Source: Nemertoderma westbladi (Eukaryota; Animalia; Xenacoelomorpha). Taken from it: a DNA stretch of 64,000 nucleotides. The position numbers were made by a program, and so were the translations under genes. The stretch is taken from positions 59,741-123,740 of the forward strand of contig JAUCBJ010006537.1 of the NCBI GenBank assembly GCA_032718475.1, read 5' to 3'. A model generated the notes under the pieces. The model was not told the origin of the DNA. It was given only the letters and a program-made list of their open reading frames with translations, and made no database searches. Below, one piece after another: positions 53,601-64,000 of the stretch (positions within the stretch are counted from its first letter, which is position 1; every line of letters starts with the position of its first letter).

Positions 53601-56600
53601 AATAGTTATTGCATACAGAATAGCCATACAACTGTGAAAGTGAAAGTTAGTTATTGCATACGGAATAGCCATACAACTGTGAAAGTGAAAGTTAGTTATT
53701 GCATACGGAATAGCCATACAACTGTGAAAGAGAAAAATAGTTATTGCATACGGAATAGCCATACAACTGTGAAAGTGAAAGTTAGTTATTGCATACGGAA
53801 TAGCCTCATACAACTGTGAAAGTGAAAGTTAGTTATTGCATACGGAATAGCCATACAACTGTGAAAGAGAAAAATAGTTATTGCATACGGAATAGCCATA
53901 CAACTGTGAAAGTGAAAGTTAGTTATTGCATACGGAATAGCCATACAACTGTGAAAGTGAAAGTTAGTTATTGCATACGGAATAGCCATACAACTGTGAA
54001 AGAGAAAAATAGTTATTGCATACGGAATAGCCATACAACTGTGAAAGTGAAAGTTAGTTATTGCATACGGAATAGCCATACAACTGTGAAAGTGAAAGTT
54101 AGTTATTGCATACGGAATAGCCATACAACTGTGAAAGTGAAAGTTAGTTATTGCATACGGAATAGCCATACAACTGTGAAAGTGAAAGTTAGTTATTGCA
54201 TACGGAATAGCCATACAACTGTGAAAGAGAAAATTAGTTATTGCATACGGAATAGCCATACAACTGTGAAAGTGAAAGTTAGTTATTGCATACGGAATAG
54301 CCATACATACAACTGTGAAAGTGAAAGTTAGTTATTGCATACGGAATAGCCATACAACTGTGAAAGAGAAAGTTAGTTATTGCATACGGAATAGCCATAC
54401 AACTGTGAAAGTGAAAGTTAGTTATTGCATACGGAATAGCCATACATACAACTGTGAAAGTGAAAGTTAGTTATTGCATACGGAATAGCCATACAACTGT
54501 GAAAGAGAAAAATAGTTATTGCATACGGAATAGCCATACAACTGTGAAAGTGAAAGTTAGTTATTGCATACGGAATAGCCATACAACTGTGAAAGTGAAA
54601 GTTAGTTATTGCATACGGAATAGCCATACAACTGTGAAAGTGAAAGTTAGTTATTGCATACGGAATAGCCATACAACTGTGAAAGTGAAAGTTAGTTATT
54701 GCATACGGAATAGCCATACAACTGTGAAAGTGAAAGTTAGTTATTGCATACGGAATAGCCATACAACTGTGAAAGAGAAAGTTAGTTATTGCATACGGAA
54801 TAGCCATACAACTGTGAAAGTGAAAGTTAGTTATTGCATACGGAATAGCCATACAACTGTGAAAGTGAAAGTTAGTTATTGCATACGGAATAGCCATACA
54901 ACTGTGAAAGTGAAAGTTAGTTATTGCATACGGAATAGCCATACAACTGTGAAAGTGAAAGTTAGTTATTGCATACGGAATAGCCATACAACTGTGAAAG
55001 AGAAAAATAGTTATTGCATACGGAATAGCCATACAACTGTGAAAGTGAAAGTTAGTTATTGCATACGGAATAGCCATACATACAACTGTGAAAGTGAAAG
55101 TTAGTTATTGCATACGGAATAGCCATACATACAACTGTGAAAGTGAAAGTTAGTTATTGTATACGGAATAGCCATACAACTGTGAAAGTGAAAGTTAGTT
55201 ATTGCATACGGAATAGCCATACATACAACTGTGAAAGTGAAAGTTAGTTATTGCATACGGAATAGCCATACATACAACTGTGAAAGTGAAAGTTAGTTAT
55301 TGCATACGGAATAGCCATACATACAACTGTGAAAGTGAAAGTTAGTTATTGCATACGGAATAGCCATACAACTGTGAAAGTGAAAGTTAGTTATTGCATA
55401 CGGAATAGCCATACATACAACTGTGAAAGTGAAAGTTAGTTATTGCATACGGAATAGCCATACAACTGTGAAAGAGAAAAATAGTTATTGCATACGGAAT
55501 AGCCATACAACTGTGAAAGAGAAAAATAGTTATTGCATACGGAATAGCCATACATACAACCCTGAAAGTGAAAGTTAGTTATTGTATACGGAATAGCCAT
55601 ACAACTGTGAAAGTGAAAGTTAGTTATTGCATACGGAATAGCCATACATACAACTGTGAAAGTGAAAGTTAGTTATTGCATACGGAATAGCCATACATAC
55701 AACTGTGAAAGTGAAAGTTAGTTATTGTATACGGAATAGCCATACAACTGTGAAAGTGAAAGTTAGTTATTGCATACGGAATAGCCATACATACAACTGT
55801 GAAAGTGAAAGTTAGTTATTGCATACGGAATAGCCATACATACAACTGTGAAAGTGAAAGTTAGTTATTGCATACGGAATAGCCATACATACAACTGTGA
55901 AAGTGAAAGTTAGTTATTGCATACGGAATAGCCATACAACTGTGAAAGTGAAAGTTAGTTATTGCATACGGAATAGCCATACATACAACTGTGAAAGTGA
56001 AAGTTAGTTATTGCATACGGAATAGCCATACAACTGTGAAAGAGAAAAATAGTTATTGCATACAGAATAGCCATACAACTGTGAAAGTGAAAGTTAGTTA
56101 TTGCATACGGAATAGCCATACAACTGTGAAAGAGAAAAATAGTTATTGCATACGGAATAGCCATTCAACTGTGAAAGTAAAAGTTAGTTATTGCATACGG
56201 AATAGCCATACAACTGTGAAAGTGTAAGTTAGTTATTGCATACGGAATAGCCATACATACAACTGTGAAAGTGAAAGTTAGTTATTGCATACGGAATAGC
56301 CATACAACTGTGAAAGAGAAAAATAGTTATTGCATACAGAATAGCCATACAACTGTGAAAGTGAAAGTTAGTTATTGCATACGGAATAGCCATACATACA
56401 ACTGTGAAAGAGAAAAATAGTTATTGCATACGGAATAGCCATACAACTGTGAAAGAGAAAAATAGTTATTGCATACAGAATAGCCATACAACTGTGAAAG
56501 TGAAAGTTAGTTATTGCATACGGAATAGCCATACATACAACCCTGAAAGTGAAAGTTAGTTATTGTATACGGAATAGCCATACAACTGTGAAAGTAAAAG

Positions 56601-59600
56601 TTAGTTATTGCATACGGAATAGCCATACAACTGTGAAAGTGTAAGTTAGTTATTGCATACGGAATAGCCATACATACAACTGTGAAAGTGAAAGTTAGTT
56701 ATTGCATACGGAATAGCCATACAACTGTGAAAGAGAAAAATAGTTATTGCATACAGAATAGCCATACAACTGTGAAAGTGAAAGTTAGTTATTGCATACG
56801 GAATAGCCATACATACAACTGTGAAAGAGAAAAATAGTTATTGCATACGGAATAGCCATACAACTGTGAAAGAGAAAAATAGTTATTGCATACAGAATAG
56901 CCATACAACTGTGAAAGTGAAAGTTAGTTATTGCATACGGAATAGCCATACATACAACTGTGAAAGTGAAAGTTAGTTATTGCATACGGAATAGCCATAC
57001 AACTGTGAAAGAGAAAAATAGTTATTGCATACGGAATAGCCATACAACTGTGAAAGTGAAAGTTAGTTATTGCATACGGAATAGCCATACAACTGTGAAA
57101 GTGTAAGTTAGTTATTGCATACGGAATAGCCATACATACAACTGTGAAAGTGAAAGTTAGTTATTGCATACGGAATAGCCATACAACTGTGAAAGAGAAA
57201 AATAGTTATTGCATACAGAATAGCCATACAACTGTGAAAGTGAAAGTTAGTTATTGCATACGGAATAGCCATACATACAACTGTGAAAGAGAAAAATAGT
57301 TATTGCATACGGAATAGCCATACAACTGTGAAAGAGAAAAATAGTTATTGCATACAGAATAGCCATACAACTGTGAAAGTGAAAGTTAGTTATTGCATAC
57401 GGAATAGCCATACATACAACTGTGAAAGTGAAAGTTAGTTATTGCATACGGAATAGCCATACAACTGTGAAAGAGAAAAATAGTTATTGCATACGGAATA
57501 GCCATACAACTGTGAAAGTGAAAGTTAGTTATTGCATACGGAATAGCCATACATACAACCCTGAAAGTGAAAGTTAGTTATTGTATACGGAATAGCCATA
57601 CAACTGTGAAAGTAAAAGTTAGTTATTGCATACGGAATAGCCATACAACTGTGAAAGTGTAAGTTAGTTATTGCATACGGAATAGCCATACAACTGTGAA
57701 AGAGAAAAATAGTTATTGCATACGGAATAGCCATACATACAACCCTGAAAGTGAAAGTTAGTTATTGTATACGGAATAGCCATACAACTGTGAAAGTAAA
57801 AGTTAGTTATTGCATACGGAATAGCCATACAACTGTGAAAGTGTAAGTTAGTTATTGCATACGGAATAGCCATACATACAACTGTGAAAGTGAAAGTTAG
57901 TTATTGCATACGGAATAGCCATACAACTGTGAAAGAGAAAAATAGTTATTGCATACAGAATAGCCATACAACTGTGAAAGTGAAAGTTAGTTATTGCATA
58001 CGGAATAGCCATACATACAACTGTGAAAGAGAAAAATAGTTATTGCATACGGAATAGCCATACAACTGTGAAAGAGAAAAATAGTTATTGCATACAGAAT
58101 AGCCATACAACTGTGAAAGTGAAAGTTAGTTATTGCATACGGAATAGCCATACATACAACTGTGAAAGTGAAAGTTAGTTATTGCATACGGAATAGCCAT
58201 ACAACTGTGAAAGAGAAAAATAGTTATTGCATACGGAATAGCCATACAACTGTGAAAGTGAAAGTTAGTTATTGCATACGGAATAGCCATACAACTGTGA
58301 AAGTGAAAGTTAGTTATTGCATACGGAATAGCCATACAACTGTGAAAGTGAAAGTTAGTTATTGCATACGGAATAGCCATACAACTGTGAAAGTGAAAGT
58401 TAGTTATTGCATACGGAATAGCCATACATACAACTGTGAAAGTGAAAGTTAGTTATTGCATACGGAATAGCCATACATACAACTGTGAAAGTGAAAGTTA
58501 GTTATTGCATACGGAATAGCCATACATACAACCCTGAAAGTGAAAGTTAGTTATTGTATACGGAATAGCCATACATACAACTGTGAAAGTGAAAGTTAGT
58601 TATTGCATACGGAATAGCCATACATACAACCCTGAAAGTGAAAGTTAGTTATTGCATACGGAATAGCCATACATACAACTGTGAAAGTGAAAGTTAGTTA
58701 TTGCATACGGAATAGCCATACATACAACCCTGAAAGTGAAAGTTAGTTATTGTATACGGAATAGCCATACAACTGTGAAAGTAAAAGTTAGTTATTGCAT
58801 ACGGAATAGCCATACAACTGTGAAAGAGAAAAATAGTTATTGCATACGGAATAGCCATACAACTGTGAAAGAGAAAAATAGTTATTGCATACAGAATAGC
58901 CATACATACAACTGTGAAAGTGAAAGTTAGTTATTGCATACGGAATAGCCATACATACAACCCTGAAAGTGAAAGTTAGTTATTGTATACGGAATAGCCA
59001 TACAACTGTGAAAGTAAAAGTTAGTTATTGCATACGGAATAGCCATACAACCCTGAAAGTGAAAGTTAGTTATTGTATACGGAATAGCCATACATACAAC
59101 TGTGAAAGTGAAAGTTAGTTATTGCATACGGAATAGCCATACATACAACCCTGAAAGTGAAAGTTAGTTATTGCATACGGAATAGCCATACATACAACCC
59201 TGAAAGTGAAAGTTAGTTATTGCATACGGAATAGCCATACATACAACTGTGAAAGTGAAAGTTAGTTATTGCATACGGAATAGCCATACATACAACTGTG
59301 AAAGTGAAAGTTAGTTATTGCATACGGAATAGCCATACATACAACCCTGAAAGTGAAAGTTAGTTATTGTATACGGAATAGCCATACATACAACTGTGAA
59401 AGTGAAAGTTAGTTATTGCATACGGAATAGCCATACATACAACCCTGAAAGTGAAAGTTAGTTATTGCATACGGAATAGCCATACATACAACCCTGAAAG
59501 TGAAAGTTAGTTATTGCATACGGAATAGCCATACATACAACTGTGAAAGTGAAAGTTAGTTATTGCATACGGAATAGCCATACATACAACCCTGAAAGTG

Positions 59601-62600
59601 AAAGTTAGTTATTGTATACGGAATAGCCATACAACTGTGAAAGTAAAAGTTAGTTATTGCATACGGAATAGCCATACAACTGTGAAAGAGAAAAATAGTT
59701 ATTGCATACGGAATAGCCATACAACTGTGAAAGAGAAAAATAGTTATTGCATACAGAATAGCCATACAACTGTGAAAGTGAAAGTTAGTTATTGCATACG
59801 GAATAGCCATACATACAACTGTGAAAGTGAAAGTTAGTTATTGCATACGGAATAGCCATACAACTGTGAAAGAGAAAAATAGTTATTGCATACGGAATAG
59901 CCATACAACTGTGAAAGTGAAAGTTAGTTATTGCATACGGAATAGCCATACAACTGTGAAAGTGAAAGTTAGTTATTGCATACGGAATAGCCATACAACT
60001 GTGAAAGTGAAAGTTAGTTATTGCATACGGAATAGCCATACAACTGTGAAAGTGAAAGTTAGTTATTGCATACGGAATAGCCATACAACTGTGAAAGAGA
60101 AAAATAGTTATTGCATACAGAATAGCCATACAACTGTGAAAGTGAAAGTTAGTTATTGCATACGGAATAGCCATACAACTGTGAAAGTGAAAGTTAGTTA
60201 TTGCATACGGAATAGCCATACATACAACTGTGAAAGTGAAAGTTAGTTATTGCATACGGAATAGCCATACATACAACTGTGAAAGTGAAAGTTAGTTATT
60301 GCATACGGAATAGCCATACAACTGTGAAAGAGAAAAATAGTTATTGCATACAGAATAGCCATACAACTGTGAAAGTGAAAGTTAGTTATTGCATACGGAA
60401 TAGCCATACATACAACTGTGAAAGTGAAAGTTAGTTATTGCATACGGAATAGCCATACAACTGTGAAAGAGAAAAATAGTTATTGCATACGGAATAGCCA
60501 TACAACTGTGAAAGTGAAAGTTAGTTATTGCATACGGAATAGCCATACAACTGTGAAAGTGAAAGTTAGTTATTGCATACGGAATAGCCATACAACTGTG
60601 AAAGTGAAAGTTAGTTATTGTATACGGAATAGCCATACAACTGTGAAAGAGAAAAATAGTTATTGCATACGGAATAGCCATACAACTGTGAAAGTGAAAG
60701 TTAGTTATTGCATACGGAATAGCCATACAACTGTGAAAGTGAAAGTTAGTTATTGTATACGGAATAGCCATACAACTGTGAAAGAGAAAAATAGTTATTG
60801 CATACGGAATAGCCATACAACTGTGAAAGTGAAAGTTAGTTATTGCATACGGAATAGCCATACAACTGTGAAAGTGAAAGTTAGTTATTGTATACGGAAT
60901 AGCCATACAACTGTGAAAGAGAAAAATAGTTATTGCATACGGAATAGCCATACAACTGTGAAAGTGAAAGTTAGTTATTGCATACGGAATAGCCATACAA
61001 CTGTGAAAGTGAAAGTTAGTTATTGCATACGGAATAGCCATACAACTGTGAAAGTGAAAGTTAGTTATTGTATACGGAATAGCCATACAACTGTGAAAGT
61101 TAGTTATTGCATACGGAATAGCCATACAACTGTGAAAGAGAAAGTTAGTTATTGCATACGGAATAGCCATACAACTGTGAAAGTGAAAGTTAGTTATTGC
61201 ATACGGAATAGCCATACAACTGTGAAAGTGAAAGTTAGTTATTGCATACGGAATAGCCATACAACTGTGAAAGAGAAAGTTAGTTATTGCATACGGAATA
61301 GCCATACAACTGTGAAAGTGAAAGTTAGTTATTGCATACGGAATAGCCATACAACTGTGAAAGAGAAAGTTAGTTATTGCATACGGAATAGCCATACAAC
61401 TGTGAAAGTGAAAGTTAGTTATTGCATACGGAATAGCCATACAACTGTGAAAGTGAAAGTTAGTTATTGCATACGGAATAGCCATACAACTGTGAAAGAG
61501 AAAGTTAGTTATTGCATACGGAATAGCCATACAACTGTGAAAGTGAAAGTTAGTTATTGCATACGGAATAGCCATACAACTGTGAAAGTGAAAGTTAGTT
61601 ATTGCATACGGAATAGCCATACAACTGTGAAAGTGAAAGTTAGTTATTGCATACGGAATAGCCATACAACTGTGAAAGTGAAAGTTAGTTATTGTATACG
61701 GAATAGCCATACAACTGTGAAAGAGAAAAATAGTTATTGCATACGGAATAGCCATACAACTGTGAAAGTGAAAGTTAGTTATTGCATACGGAATAGCCAT
61801 ACAACTGTGAAAGTGAAAGTTAGTTATTGTATACGGAATAGCCATACAACTGTGAAAGAGAAAAATAGTTATTGCATACGGAATAGCCATACAACTGTGA
61901 AAGTGAAAGTTAGTTATTGCATACGGAATAGCCATACAACTGTGAAAGTGAAAGTTAGTTATTGTATACGGAATAGCCATACAACTGTGAAAGAGAAAAA
62001 TAGTTATTGCATACGGAATAGCCATACAACTGTGAAAGTGAAAGTTAGTTATTGCATACGGAATAGCCATACAACTGTGAAAGTGAAAGTTAGTTATTGC
62101 ATACGGAATAGCCATACAACTGTGAAAGTGAAAGTTAGTTATTGTATACGGAATAGCCATACAACTGTGAAAGTTAGTTATTGCATACGGAATAGCCATA
62201 CAACTGTGAAAGAGAAAAATAGTTATTGCATACGGAATAGCCATACAACTGTGAAAGAGAAAAATAGTTATTGCATACGGAATAGCCATACAACTGTGAA
62301 AGTGAAAGTTAGTTATTGCATACAGAATAGCCATACAACCCTGAAAGTGAAAGTTAGTTATTGTATACGGAATAGCCATACAACTGTGAAAGTGAAAGTT
62401 AGTTATTGCATACGGAATAGCCATACATACAACTGTGAAAGTGAAAGTTAGTTATTGCATACGGAATAGCCATACATACAACTGTGAAAGTGAAAGTTAG
62501 TTATTGCATACGGAATAGCCATACATACAACTGTGAAAGTGAAAGTTAGTTATTGCATACGGAATAGCCATACATACAACTGTGAAAGTGAAAGTTAGTT

Positions 62601-64000
62601 ATTGCATACGGAATAGCCATACATACAACTGTGAAAGTGAAAGTTAGTTATTGCATACGGAATAGCCATACATACAACTGTGAAAGTGAAAGTTAGTTAT
62701 TGCATACGGAATAGCCATACATACAACTGTGAAAGTGAAAGTTAGTTATTGCATACGGAATAGCCATACATACAACTGTGAAAGTGAAAGTTAGTTATTG
62801 CATACGGAATAGCCATACATACAACTGTGAAAGTGAAAGTTAGTTATTGCATACGGAATAGCCATACATACAACTGTGAAAGTGAAAGTTAGTTATTGCA
62901 TACGGAATAGCCATACATACAACTGTGAAAGTGAAAGTTAGTTATTGCATACGGAATAGCCATACATACAACTGTGAAAGTGAAAGTTAGTTATTGCATA
63001 CGGAATAGCCATACAACTGTGAAAGAGAAAAATAGTTATTGCATACGGAATAGCCATACAACTGTGAAAGTGAAAGTTAGTTATTGCATACGGAATAGCC
63101 ATACAACTGTGAAAGTGAAAGTTAGTTATTGCATACGGAATAGCCATACAACTGTGAAAGTGAAAGTTAGTTATTGCATACGGAATAGCCATACAACTGT
63201 GAAAGTGAAAGTTAGTTATTGCATACGGAATAGCCATACAACTGTGAAAGTGAAAGTTAGTTATTGCATACGGAATAGCCATACATACAACTGTGAAAGT
63301 GAAAGTTAGTTATTGCATACGGAATAGCCATACATACAACTGTGAAAGTGAAAGTTAGTTATTGCATACGGAATAGCCATACATACAACTGTGAAAGTGA
63401 AAGTTAGTTATTGCATACGGAATAGCCATACATACAACTGTGAAAGTGAAAGTTAGTTATTGCATACGGAATAGCCATACATACAACTGTGAAAGTGAAA
63501 GTTAGTTATTGCATACGGAATAGCCATACATACAACTGTGAAAGTGAAAGTTAGTTATTGCATACGGAATAGCCATACATACAACTGTGAAAGTGAAAGT
63601 TAGTTATTGCATACGGAATAGCCATACATACAACTGTGAAAGTGAAAGTTAGTTATTGCATACGGAATAGCCATACAACTGTGAAAGAGAAAAATAGTTA
63701 TTGCATACGGAATAGCCATACAACTGTGAAAGTGAAAGTTAGTTATTGCATACGGAATAGCCATACAACTGTGAAAGTGAAAGTTAGTTATTGCATACGG
63801 AATAGCCATACAACTGTGAAAGAGAAAAATAGTTATTGCATACGGAATAGCCATACAACTGTGAAAGTGAAAGTTAGTTATTGCATACGGAATAGCCATA
63901 CAACTGTGAAAGTGTAAGTTAGTTATTGCATACGGAATAGCCATACATACAACTGTGAAAGTGAAAGTTAGTTATTGCATACGGAATAGCCATACAACTG
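8696..64000. repeat. 45-bp satellite DNA array, consensus AATAGCCATACAACTGTGAAAGTGAAAGTTAGTTATTGCATACGG, ~1,200 head-to-tail monomers, continuing past the window end
   Basis: Single orientation, with no foreign insertion seen over 55 kb. Main variants: GAGAAAAAT or GAGAAAGTT for GTGAAAGTT; +CATA (49 bp); 39- and 40-bp deletion monomers; +G (46 bp); point variants TGTAT, ACAG, CCCTG, GTAAAA. Confidence 0.99.

Noticed and set aside
8657-63944. Long repetitive ORFs on both strands (KVKVSYCIRNSHTTV and MAIPYAITNFHFHSC repeats, up to 915 aa), superficially like His/Cys metal-binding repeat proteins
   Set aside because: A 45-bp unit is a multiple of 3 and happens to lack stops in one frame per strand. 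Frameshifting +4, +1 and -5 variants and stop-creating variants are freely amplified, and there are no unique N- or C-terminal domains.
1-64000. CRISPR-like appearance of the 37-bp and 45-bp repeats
   Set aside because: Units are head-to-tail with no unique spacers, there are no cas genes, and the context is eukaryotic (spliceosomal introns, non-LTR element).

Overview
AT-rich eukaryotic (probably invertebrate animal) DNA; about 89% of the window is tandem repeat. 1-1670 is the end of a 37-bp minisatellite (~45 copies). About 1.7-7.4 kb is unique sequence holding the 3' end of a spliced + strand gene: a 132-bp trefoil (P-type) domain exon (2093-2224, missed by the ORF track), a decayed copy of that exon (~4363-4413), and an in-frame terminal exon (4908-5113) ending in a GPI-anchor-like hydrophobic tail. 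~7426-8650 is a 5'-truncated, GC-rich non-LTR retrotransposon with an uninterrupted CCHC zinc knuckle plus restriction-like endonuclease (CRE-clade-like), an AT-rich 3' UTR and an A9 tail. Forty-five bp later a homogeneous 45-bp satellite starts abruptly (8696) and runs past the window end (~1,200 monomers), with regional variant domains, nested higher-order duplications and a multi-kb block copied 25.6-29.5 kb downstream. The repetitive ORFs over the satellite are artefacts. I found no clear new multi-gene system. The best leads are the retroelement/satellite junction, an IRF/Blimp-1-type motif in most monomers, and the trefoil-GPI gene between two arrays. All calls are by eye, without database searches.
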